Virus record (IMG/VR): IMGVR_UViG_3300032305_001422
Span: 1 to 36,515 of that record
DNA from: a virus
Lineage: Duplodnaviria > Caudoviricetes
Strand: one strand, 5' to 3'
Length of the DNA: 36,515 bases
Part shown: piece after piece, positions 19,657 to 27,716 of the stretch
Position numbering within the stretch: the stretch's first letter is position 1
Layout: each line of letters starts with the position of its first letter
Program-made: the position numbers and the translations under genes
The notes under the pieces: model-generated
Told to the model about the DNA's origin: nothing
The model's database searches: none
The model's input: the letters and a program-made list of their open reading frames with translations, nothing else

Positions 19657-20241
19657 TTACATCTCCGATTTTCTGGCGCCGGCCACAAGTTTCATTTTAC
19701 CAATTCGCATACCTTCTTTAGATTTATCGCCATATGCTGCATGTGTTTCATCACCTGGTTTTAATTCTTGTTTTGTGCCATCTGGATGTTCACCATGTAC
19801 ATGAATATCAGGATCGTTTCTCATACGATCCCACATTTTCTTAGCACCAGGTGAATGACTTGTGCCAACCATCTGATTACCATTCTGTAGAATTTTCTTA
19901 TAAACATGTCCCATATTAACATCAGATGATGATCTTCTATGAGCACTTAGAAATTGTAGTCTATGACCACCTTGAATTGGTGTTGATTGAGCCGCATAAA
20001 CTACATGGTGAATTTTTTTATCTTTTGGATGCCAGGTAAAATGTTTAATTCCACCACCAGCAGTTTCTGATGAGTGAAGTTCTAAACCACCAACTTCACC
20101 AACTTTTTTGGCATTTCGTTCATAATCTGTGGGTGAATCATATTTGGTAGAAGATGTAACAGCTTTATCTTTGGTTGCATTAATACCTTTAGAACCAATA
20201 CCATTAATCCAAGCTTCGCAGAATGTTTTATATGTGAGCAT
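19657..20241 (-). CDS. Hypothetical protein inserted between gp13 and gp14; possible internal head protein
   Basis: 194 aa ORF filling the gap; N-terminus MLTYKTFCEA resembles the T4 internal-protein capsid targeting sequence. Confidence 0.6.
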   Translation of the reverse strand: MLTYKTFCEAWINGIGSKGINATKDKAVTSSTKYDSPTDYERNAKKVGEVGGLELHSSETAGGGIKHFTWHPKDKKIHHVVYAAQSTPIQGGHRLQFLSAHRRSSSDVNMGHVYKKILQNGNQMVGTSHSPGAKKMWDRMRNDPDIHVHGEHPDGTKQELKPGDETHAAYGDKSKEGMRIGKMKLVAGARKSEM

Positions 20242-20249
20242 TGTTCATT

Positions 20250-20990
20250 CTAGCCGATCATATCAGTTACAGGAAGTGAATACGAATAAACCATTTCTTT
20301 TTCAAGTTCAGCACGTTCAGAAGTGGCATCATTGTAAATCTTTTCACCGTTAAACTTAATACCACCGGGAAGTGTCATACCAACAAACTTGGTTAAATTT
20401 GCACCCCATTGTTGTTTAATCAAACATGTGGCATAACGAATAAGCCAACGATCTTTCCACACATCGACATATGTTGCAGGATCAACAATTTGATATGCCT
20501 CAACAACAATAAAATCACCTGTATTAATAATCTGCCAGTCCATATCAATATGGAGACGATTTACATTTCTATTATAACGAATTGGTTGTTGACCAACTAG
20601 CATTTGTTCAAGAAACTGAATATGTGTCAAAGCCATATAATATGGGACCATGGATACAGATGTCAATGTATAAAGATCATTTAAGGCGATCTGATAACGA
20701 ATATTGAATAGATTATTTGTATTCAGGCCTTGACCGATTGGAAATAAATTAATAGCACCGATGATATTTTCTGGCATTGTAATATATTTGTTTGCTTTAT
20801 CGGCATCTGTAATCTGATACTTATAATAAGTCTTCTCAGAACCATCGAAATGATAGTCCCAATAATATTTTAATGCATCATCAATACGATCATCAACTTG
20901 GTCAGGGTCCACGTTGATTTCAATAACCGGTTTACCTAAAGTACGTAAGCAATATTCAGCAAATTGATCTCTTGTTGTTGGAGTAGCCAT
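20250..20990 (-). CDS. gp13: Neck protein gp13
   Basis: YCLR.LG.PVIEINV..DQV.DR.D.AL...YHFDG and IK.QWG.NL.KF.G..LPGG motifs. Confidence 0.95.
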   Translation of the reverse strand: MATPTTRDQFAEYCLRTLGKPVIEINVDPDQVDDRIDDALKYYWDYHFDGSEKTYYKYQITDADKANKYITMPENIIGAINLFPIGQGLNTNNLFNIRYQIALNDLYTLTSVSMVPYYMALTHIQFLEQMLVGQQPIRYNRNVNRLHIDMDWQIINTGDFIVVEAYQIVDPATYVDVWKDRWLIRYATCLIKQQWGANLTKFVGMTLPGGIKFNGEKIYNDATSERAELEKEMVYSYSLPVTDMIG

Positions 20991-21065
20991 TATACAACAT
21001 TCCTTTTTAACCTACCAATTGACTAATTATTCGGCTCTTATCCTCATCATTCGTACGACACACCA

Positions 21066-21413
21066 TTAGACTGCGGCGTCCAAAGCCATCTTACGATCCC
21101 ATACCCACTGAGCCGCAACTACAGGATCAAACGGTACTGAGGCGGTTAGATCATCCGGATTGGCTGGGTCGGGTATTGTCCAGTCCGCACCAATGATCGC
21201 CAAATAGGCTTCTAGTTCTGCCTGGGTTGGAATGACTTCTGCATCACCTACATTGTCATTTTCAGACAGTCCAATCATAACCATGTCGCGGGGGCTTGGA
21301 GTTGTTGGATCACCGACAACAAACACACCACCGACACCTTCTGGATGCAGGCAGAGAAACGATGGAACTTCGCCTTGAGTCGTGAGTCGATATTTAATGC
21401 AATGATGAGTCAT
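21066..21413 (-). CDS. Hypothetical 115 aa protein, last gene of the propeller cassette
   Basis: AGGAGG SD; overlaps the glycosyltransferase 3' end. Confidence 0.75.
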   Translation of the reverse strand: MTHHCIKYRLTTQGEVPSFLCLHPEGVGGVFVVGDPTTPSPRDMVMIGLSENDNVGDAEVIPTQAELEAYLAIIGADWTIPDPANPDDLTASVPFDPVVAAQWVWDRKMALDAAV

Positions 21414-22128
21414 CTAAACCTCCTTGTTGGGCATACTGCCCGCTAAACAGATAAGCTCCAAAGTGACCCAACTCGCACCACGGAGCCACCCAAACCGTTC
21501 CGCCATGTTCGCGGTACATATGACAAAAATTATAATCTTCGGATAATAGCTGATGATTGACATTTTGAACCTTGAAAAAGTCATAAACTTTTTCTTCTGA
21601 ATCAACAGTCGAACCGCCGTTATTGTACCACCCAACATGCTCTTTCAATGTCTCAAACACATCACGACACACCAACATAAAACCGGTTCCGATATGCTTT
21701 ACCTGAAAGGGTGTATTCGGACTGATCATCTCGTGACCGGACAGCTTGTTAATGTTAAAGATACCCGTCAGCTTGCTGAGGTCTGGATGATTTAAAACCG
21801 ATCCCATTCGAACTTTATCCCAGTTGATGCCCTTCATAGGTACAGCTCCACCGATGATCCTCTTATCGGTTTTGATCATACGGGCGATATCATTAGGCAC
21901 AAACTTTTGATCGGCGTCAATGAACATCAGATGTGTGGCATCTGGCATCTGCAAAAAATGATGGGTGATGGTATTGCGGCCACGCTGGATCAGGCTCTCA
22001 TTCCCAAGAAAGATGCATGTCAGCTTGATGCCATACTGTATACAAGCTTCTTTGAGAGATAGTAGAGACTGCGTATATTCCGTACACATCATGCCGCCAT
22101 AACACGGTGTACCTACGACAAGATGCAT
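21394..22128 (-). CDS. GT-A fold glycosyltransferase-like protein (~244 aa)
   Basis: N-terminal LVVGTPCYGG, SLIQRGRN, DxD motif in FIDAD, GTGFML and LSEDY.FC. The real start is probably ATG 22128 (TAATG coupling, GAAGGT SD), not 22233. Confidence 0.75.
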   Translation of the reverse strand: MHLVVGTPCYGGMMCTEYTQSLLSLKEACIQYGIKLTCIFLGNESLIQRGRNTITHHFLQMPDATHLMFIDADQKFVPNDIARMIKTDKRIIGGAVPMKGINWDKVRMGSVLNHPDLSKLTGIFNINKLSGHEMISPNTPFQVKHIGTGFMLVCRDVFETLKEHVGWYNNGGSTVDSEEKVYDFFKVQNVNHQLLSEDYNFCHMYREHGGTVWVAPWCELGHFGAYLFSGQYAQQGGLDDSSLH

Positions 22129-22958
22129 TACTTGGCACCTTCTTGCGTGATCTGGACCATATTCGTCAGGCTGTGCTGATCGAACACGCTGAAGCCCCGG
22201 CGAGAAGCAAATTTGGCCGGGTCTTCCGCCCACTTGTCAGCACAAGCTTCCAGCCAGCGCATTGTCATCTCATGAGTAGGGGCTTTTCCTTCGGAGATAA
22301 GTTGATTCTCCATGTTGAGGTAGGCGTACATTTCAGCTTGGGCCTGGGCTGCATTGATACCAAGATCGAAAAGATAGATCAGATTACCCTCGTCGATCAT
22401 ACCATTGCGACTGCGCGCAGCGCTAAGGGCTTGCTTCATACAGGTCATGATGTGGTAGCGTGCTTCTTCACGTTCGTAGTCTTCCTCGGTGATCTCTTCT
22501 TTACCAATCTTCTCAAGCAATTGCTTGTGCTGGTTCACGAAAAAATTCATTTTCCGAATAGCGCCGTTAACATGGTTCTGGGTGCTCTCGATATGGCTGT
22601 TGATCTCTAGGATCTCAATCTCTAGCAGTTCGCAATCCAACGGATCATTCGTCGAAGCAAGATCACGCTCTTTCTTTCTTAGCTCGTTCTGTTTTTTGCG
22701 AAGGCCTATATAAGCTTCCTGCAATGCAGATCTGGTGCGGTCGATCTCAGCCAAAGTGTGTTTGATGGAGCGGATCGGCGTGATGGCCGTCACATCCAGG
22801 GTCACGCTCATAAATTGAGAATGCGACTTGTGAAAGTTGCTCGTATCACGTGTCACAGCGGGCATACGATCCTGAATGTTTTTTAACATCAAATTGTATT
22901 CTGGCTTCTTTACAGCCAATTCAGTATTTATATAGCCAATAATCAAATCATTAGACAA
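22128..22958 (-). CDS. Hypothetical 276 aa coiled-coil protein
   Basis: TTG start after an AGGAG SD; long heptad helices at about aa 65-150; coupled to the glycosyltransferase gene. Confidence 0.8.
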   Translation of the reverse strand: MSNDLIIGYINTELAVKKPEYNLMLKNIQDRMPAVTRDTSNFHKSHSQFMSVTLDVTAITPIRSIKHTLAEIDRTRSALQEAYIGLRKKQNELRKKERDLASTNDPLDCELLEIEILEINSHIESTQNHVNGAIRKMNFFVNQHKQLLEKIGKEEITEEDYEREEARYHIMTCMKQALSAARSRNGMIDEGNLIYLFDLGINAAQAQAEMYAYLNMENQLISEGKAPTHEMTMRWLEACADKWAEDPAKFASRRGFSVFDQHSLTNMVQITQEGAK

Positions 22959-22986
22959 AGTTTTTCTCCTATTTGTGTGTTATAAC

Positions 22987-23150
22987 TTATTTGGTACTGC
23001 GATTGGAATTTGAACAACTAGTAATAACGAAATCTGGCGACTATTAAATGTGCAAAATCTATCACATTATCTATAGAAGCTATGATTATTTATATCAAAA
23101 ATTAAGTTTGTTGCTATTCACGTTGTAGTCGTTCTTATAAAACCTCTGGC
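22987..23150 (-). pseudogene. Decayed final blade of a fourth propeller gene
   Basis: Hand translation gives *IIIASIDNVIDFAHLIVAR, matching YVTIATTGNAIDFGDLTVAR, then a frameshifted ITSCSNSNRSTK*. Confidence 0.7.
23087..23094 (-). promoter_or_regulatory. Late promoter TATAAATA upstream of the 276 aa gene
   Basis: Exact consensus lying inside the pseudogene remnant. Confidence 0.55.
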
Positions 23151-23207
23151 TTATTTATTAACGGTCAGAGCGGTGTTGATGCTGCCGATGATCAGATCGT
23201 TAGACAA
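23144..23207 (-). pseudogene. Truncated duplicate of the 5' end of the 276 aa gene
   Basis: TTG start, (M)SNDLIIGSINTALTVNK* versus MSNDLIIGYINTELAVKKPE; same upstream TAACACACAAATAGG leader. Confidence 0.8.
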
Positions 23208-23228
23208 AAAGTTTCCCCTATTTGTGTG

Positions 23229-24260
23229 TTAAAGGCCGCCGTGAACACTAGAAGTGCCCGCAAACGATGAAAAATCCCCTAACAAGTCTCCAAAATCAGA
23301 AGCATTTCCTGTTGAAGATATTGTAATTTTATTTATTACATTTATGCTAGATCCTCCAAAAGAAGTATATCCACCCGCAAAAATTCCAACAGTGCTAGAC
23401 GAACAAGCCGCAGTGTCTCTAACACTTTGCAAAAGATCACCAAAATCTATAGCGTTTCCAGTTGATGCTATAGTAACGTATTCCAAAATGTTACTTACGG
23501 TAAGTTGGGCAGATCGAGCAAAAACTCCTCTTGTTGAAGAAGAGCATCCAGACAAACCATCCGTAGACGATGTTAAATCCCCAAAATCTATAGCGTTTCC
23601 AGTACTTGCGATAGTTATGTATTGAATAACATTAAAGAAATCCGGCGGCGATCTACCACCAGCTATTAAACCTCTAGTAGGTGAAGAGCAAGATCCCGCA
23701 CCTCTAAAACTATTTATTAATTCACCAAAAAATATAGAATTTCCTGTAGTTGCAATAGTTATATATTCAATAATAATTATTCGATTACCTGTGACCGTGT
23801 CTGAACCTCCTGAAAAAATACCGCGAGTAGAACTTCCGCAATTTCCAACTGATAAAAAAGCTCTTTTGACAGTTAAATTACCAAAATTTGTAGCGTTACC
23901 CGCGCTAGCTATTGTTACAAAATCAATCGTATTAAAATCCACGCTACCTGTACTGCCGCCAGCCCAAACAGCCCGAGAACTAGAAGCAACAGCACCTAAA
24001 GCTAGCCTACTAACAGTCAAATCTCCAAAATCAATAGAATTTCCGTCTGTAGTTATAATTATTGTCTGGATTGTGTTATCACGCCCGCCAAATAACCCAA
24101 TCGGCGCGACATTCCCCGCAATTGGCCACAAGTTCTGTTTTTTCCAGTACGCGACCTGATCTAGCGTCCACACACCCGGTGCTGCGCCATTCTCATACGG
24201 GCCAGCGGGCGCAACGGGCACGGGGCGGATGATGCCAGCATTCCAATTTTTAATTGACAT
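23229..24260 (-). CDS. Six-repeat Kelch-like beta-propeller protein C (putative virion appendage head)
   Basis: Six ~45-50 aa repeats RG(V/I)F.GG...I.Y.TIA.TGNA.DFGDL...R...CSS; N-terminal GVWTL...LWP motif. Confidence 0.7.
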   Translation of the reverse strand: MSIKNWNAGIIRPVPVAPAGPYENGAAPGVWTLDQVAYWKKQNLWPIAGNVAPIGLFGGRDNTIQTIIITTDGNSIDFGDLTVSRLALGAVASSSRAVWAGGSTGSVDFNTIDFVTIASAGNATNFGNLTVKRAFLSVGNCGSSTRGIFSGGSDTVTGNRIIIIEYITIATTGNSIFFGELINSFRGAGSCSSPTRGLIAGGRSPPDFFNVIQYITIASTGNAIDFGDLTSSTDGLSGCSSSTRGVFARSAQLTVSNILEYVTIASTGNAIDFGDLLQSVRDTAACSSSTVGIFAGGYTSFGGSSINVINKITISSTGNASDFGDLLGDFSSFAGTSSVHGGL

Positions 24261-25211
24261 TTATTGCACTCCACCATTGCCGTTTGATGCTGAAGACAAA
24301 TAGCCACGGGCAACGGTCAAATCGCCAAAGTCTATAGCGTTGCCTGTTGTGGCTATTGTAACATATTGTATTACATTTGAAGCAACATAAGCTCCGGCAA
24401 AAAGGCCGCGAGTTGGAGATGCACTGGCGGACATATTGCTTGCAGAAGACAAAAGATCACCAAAATCCACTGTGTTTCCAGTGGTTGCAATGGTTACATA
24501 TTCAATAATATTGCTGCTGTCTAAATGAATTAAGCCTCTGGTTGAGTTTGAACATGCGGCACACCAAACTTCAGCCGCTGTTGATAGTGTACCAAATGTT
24601 GTAGCATTCCCAGTTGTAGCTATTGTAATATAATCAATTCTGTTAACTACACCAGAATTATTGCCTCCAGCAAAAACACCACGAGTGGATGAACTAAATC
24701 CACCAAGCGCATATCTTGCTAAAGTTAAATTACCAAAATTTATTGAATTCCCTGTTGTAGAAATGGTTACATATTCAATAACCAAAGTATCTGCAGGAGC
24801 GGACGTGCGCCCTCCTGCAAAAATACCACGGGTCAAGGAATTACAAGAACCACCGCCCCATTTACCAACCGACAAAGTACCAAAACTTGCTGCGTTTCCA
24901 ATCGTAGAAAACGTTACATATTGGATTACGTTTACAGTTAGACCGCTCGCACCAGGAGGATGCCCACCGAAAACAACAGCCCTTGTGGTAGAGCCGCACG
25001 CTGCGGTTTCAGAAAGGGTTTGAGTTAAATCCCCAAAATCCGTAGCGTTTCCCGGTACGGAAATTCTAACATAATCAATTACGTTAATTTCAGAACCACC
25101 GGGGTATCCGCCAAAAAACAAAGCGCGGGTTAAATCAACACTAGGCCACAATCCTTGTCCCACCGCCTGAAACTGCGCCACGAGGTTCCATACTCCGCTA
25201 TACGTTGGCAT
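24261..25211 (-). CDS. Six-repeat Kelch-like beta-propeller protein B
   Basis: Six repeats of the same type; N-terminal MPTYSGVWNL...LWP. Start at 25211 from TAATG coupling and a GGAGG SD; the track starts it at 25241. Confidence 0.7.
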   Translation of the reverse strand: MPTYSGVWNLVAQFQAVGQGLWPSVDLTRALFFGGYPGGSEINVIDYVRISVPGNATDFGDLTQTLSETAACGSTTRAVVFGGHPPGASGLTVNVIQYVTFSTIGNAASFGTLSVGKWGGGSCNSLTRGIFAGGRTSAPADTLVIEYVTISTTGNSINFGNLTLARYALGGFSSSTRGVFAGGNNSGVVNRIDYITIATTGNATTFGTLSTAAEVWCAACSNSTRGLIHLDSSNIIEYVTIATTGNTVDFGDLLSSASNMSASASPTRGLFAGAYVASNVIQYVTIATTGNAIDFGDLTVARGYLSSASNGNGGVQ

Positions 25212-26374
25212 TAGGCGAGTCCTCCATGGCCGCTTGAGCAACCGGCAAAATCACTTGTATCTATAGGTAAATCCCCAAAATCAATAGCATTTCCAGTTGT
25301 AGCAATTGTAATATAATCAATTACATTATAACCCGATCCGCCAGCAAAAATACCTCTCAATTGAGAAGAACACGATGCAATACTTTGACGCCCAATAGTT
25401 AAATCCCCAAAATCAATAGCATTTCCAGTTGTAGCAATTGTAATATAATCAATTACATTTATAGCGTTAACACCCCCTGCAAAAACACCTCTTATTGAAG
25501 AAGCGCATGCGGCTAATAATCTGCGTCCAAGAGTTAATGATCCAAAAGAAGTTGCAGCACCAGTGGTTGCAATTGTAATGAAAGACATAGCACTTACCGT
25601 GTTTTCGCCTCCACCGAAAACACCTCTAGTTGGGGAAGAGCATCCTGCTAACATTGATACCAATGGTCCAGAATTACTAAAATTAATAGCATTACCTGTT
25701 GATGCAATTGTAATATAATCCATAACACCAGTTGGTCCAACTGAGTCAGTGCCTGAAGAAAACACTCCTCTGGTTGAAGAGGAACATGCAGCTGGATAAT
25801 ATCGAGCTACAGTTAAACTACCAAAATTTAAAGCATTTCCCACAGAAAAAATATTTACATAATCCATTGTGTCGTAAGTTGTTGTGCTGTGGCGACCACC
25901 TCCAAAAACACCTCTTGTAGAAGAAGCGCATGCGGCTAATCCATACCGGGCAGTTGTCAAGTTGCCAAAATTTGTGGCATTTCCGGTTGTTGCAATAGTT
26001 ATAAAACTAATAGCACTGTAGGAAATACCCCCGCCAAACAAACCTCGTGCCGCCGACGGCGTAACGCTCCCGCTCGCTGCGCTAAACGCTCCGGGCCCGT
26101 AGCTATTGAGTGCCCAAACTTGAAACGTGTACGCAGTGTTGTTCGTCAGCCCGGTCACCATGATAGGCGAGGTGGCCCCCGAGACCGTAATGCGATCAGG
26201 GTTAGACACCGCATAATACGCACTAATAGCCGATCCGCCGGGGTTATCAGGGGCCGAGAACGACACAGAAGCCTGGGTATTGTCGCCTAATGCCGTAACT
26301 TCTGTAGGCGCGTTTGGGTTCTTTAGCGGATCAAAATTGGCTGAGATAAACCCAGCAGGCGGGCGCAACGGCAT
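25211..26374 (-). CDS. Fibronectin type III domain plus six-repeat Kelch-like propeller protein A
   Basis: PNAPTEVTA...VSF.AP..PGGSAI..Y...VTGLTNNTAYTFQV.A.N..G.G FN3 signature, then six repeats. Confidence 0.75.
   Translation of the reverse strand: MPLRPPAGFISANFDPLKNPNAPTEVTALGDNTQASVSFSAPDNPGGSAISAYYAVSNPDRITVSGATSPIMVTGLTNNTAYTFQVWALNSYGPGAFSAASGSVTPSAARGLFGGGISYSAISFITIATTGNATNFGNLTTARYGLAACASSTRGVFGGGRHSTTTYDTMDYVNIFSVGNALNFGSLTVARYYPAACSSSTRGVFSSGTDSVGPTGVMDYITIASTGNAINFSNSGPLVSMLAGCSSPTRGVFGGGENTVSAMSFITIATTGAATSFGSLTLGRRLLAACASSIRGVFAGGVNAINVIDYITIATTGNAIDFGDLTIGRQSIASCSSQLRGIFAGGSGYNVIDYITIATTGNAIDFGDLPIDTSDFAGCSSGHGGLA
25268..25459. repeat. Identical 60 bp direct repeat (25268-25327 and 25400-25459)
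   Basis: Both copies encode NVIDYITIATTGNAIDFGDL in blades 5 and 6; 132 bp period. Confidence 0.9.
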
Positions 26375-26414
26375 ATCAAATCCTCAACAGTTAGATTACA
26401 ACGATTACATCAAC

Positions 26415-26792
26415 CTACGCGTTAATTTCTTCCCACGAGCAAGTTACCACAAGATCATTTGCAATACTAGCAATAGCACCGATAGATTCATTTTCCAGCA
26501 AATACAGTGCTGTCGTCTTATCCAAAATGATTAGCGTAGCATCTGCCGGTACAGAGATCGTGGAAGCAATCGGAAAGGCAGTACCACCTAAAGCCGCTGC
26601 ACTATACTTGTTGATGGTGATGTCAGCAGCATTTGTGCCGTCAACATTTGCCACCATAATCATATTAATCTTGTAGATTTTGCCACTAGAAGCCGCATTG
26701 CTGACAATAGATGTCGCACTAGTCGTGGTTAGAGAAACGCTAGAATTGTTGCCGTAAATGGCAGCAACGTTGACTATATTCGGGTTTGCCAT
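26415..26792 (-). CDS. Small beta-sandwich-like virion protein (MANPNIV type), putative adapter
   Basis: 125 aa, beta-rich, AAGGAG SD. Confidence 0.7.
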   Translation of the reverse strand: MANPNIVNVAAIYGNNSSVSLTTTSATSIVSNAASSGKIYKINMIMVANVDGTNAADITINKYSAAALGGTAFPIASTISVPADATLIILDKTTALYLLENESIGAIASIANDLVVTCSWEEINA

Positions 26793-26803
26793 GGGTTATC
26801 TCC

Positions 26804-27247
26804 TTACAGGCCAAAGATCATAGTAAATGCAATGGCCTGACCTTTTGTCACGCCAACGGGGGTAGAATTGGCCCAATAAAGACCAGTTCCATTTGATGAT
26901 AGAACTTGATTTGCTAATCCGGTTGAACCATTTGCGACAATAGCATTGATCGTAGCATTGCCAGATACAGTAATAACATTCATAGTAGCAAGACCGGTGA
27001 CAGCAATTGTATTAGAAAAAGTGGCATTGCCGGATACAGTAATAGCATTCATAGTAGCATTACTGGATACAGTAATAGCATTCATAGTAGCATTACCGGA
27101 TACAGTAATAGCATTCATAGTAGCATTACTGGATACAGTAATAGAAGAGACACTCAGTGACGTAATTGCAGTCGCATTTGCGGAAATGCTATTGAATACA
27201 GCATTAGCAATACTACCTATATTCGAGAGATCATTTGGTAATGCCAT
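26804..27247 (-). CDS. Short fibre/anchor protein with 11 aa tandem repeats and a hydrophobic C-terminal motif (GQAIAFTMIFGL)
   Basis: N-terminus paralogous to the 796 aa fibre; ITVS(S/G)NATMNA repeats. Confidence 0.7.
   Translation of the reverse strand: MALPNDLSNIGSIANAVFNSISANATAITSLSVSSITVSSNATMNAITVSGNATMNAITVSSNATMNAITVSGNATFSNTIAVTGLATMNVITVSGNATINAIVANGSTGLANQVLSSNGTGLYWANSTPVGVTKGQAIAFTMIFGL
27021..27144. repeat. 33 bp tandem repeat, about 3.7 copies
   Basis: Unit GTAGCATTAC(T/C)GGATACAGTAATAGCATTCATA. Confidence 0.9.
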
Positions 27248-27260
27248 AAGTTATTATTCC

Positions 27261-27716
27261 TTATACTATTTCGACTGCAGAGCGAAACAAATCGTCTATT
27301 TGATCGGAAGTAAGTCCTAGTGATGTTGCTAGCATAGCAAGTGTTGGATCATTACGATATATCTCTACTGCATATTCCCAGGCAAGACGAGCTTCACGCG
27401 GTGCTTGTGCTATCATAGTTTCTACATCATCTAGCAATCCAGCGGCTAAGAGTGCACGGCGGGCTTGGAGTGGTGTAATAGCCTCTGGCACAGGCGCAGG
27501 TGGAGCAGGCGGATCAGGCAATCTTACTAATGATTCATTGCGCCAGAGATATAAATGTGAACTGAAATCAGCTGGGAGGCTCGCAACCGTCGCTGTGCCG
27601 GTTACGCCAGCCGTAAACGGATACACACCATCAGATGTAATAATTGCGTCGGGCGTGGTTTCAATAGTTGAGGAGGTGGCAATAATCACCTCCCCTGCTA
27701 AGATGAGGTTGATCAT
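27261..27716 (-). CDS. Tail-fibre-associated chaperone-like protein
   Basis: Pro-rich linker, then P..ITPLQARRAL...GLL..V...WEYA..I.RNDP...LGLT..QIDDLF; follows the fibre gene. Confidence 0.65.
   Translation of the reverse strand: MINLILAGEVIIATSSTIETTPDAIITSDGVYPFTAGVTGTATVASLPADFSSHLYLWRNESLVRLPDPPAPPAPVPEAITPLQARRALLAAGLLDDVETMIAQAPREARLAWEYAVEIYRNDPTLAMLATSLGLTSDQIDDLFRSAVEIV

Noticed and set aside
21007-21066. 19-codon ORF (MVCRTNDEDKSRIISQLVG) coupled to the 115 aa gene
   Set aside because: Too short with no supporting motif; could be a cassette-boundary remnant but this cannot be supported.
22129-22233. N-terminal extension of the glycosyltransferase given by the track
   Set aside because: It overlaps the 276 aa gene; the coupled ATG at 22128 has an SD and begins the typical first strand of the fold.
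23229-26374. Diversity-generating retroelement acting on the propellers
   Set aside because: No reverse transcriptase in the window, and no template/variable repeat pair differing only at adenines; the 60 bp repeat is identical.
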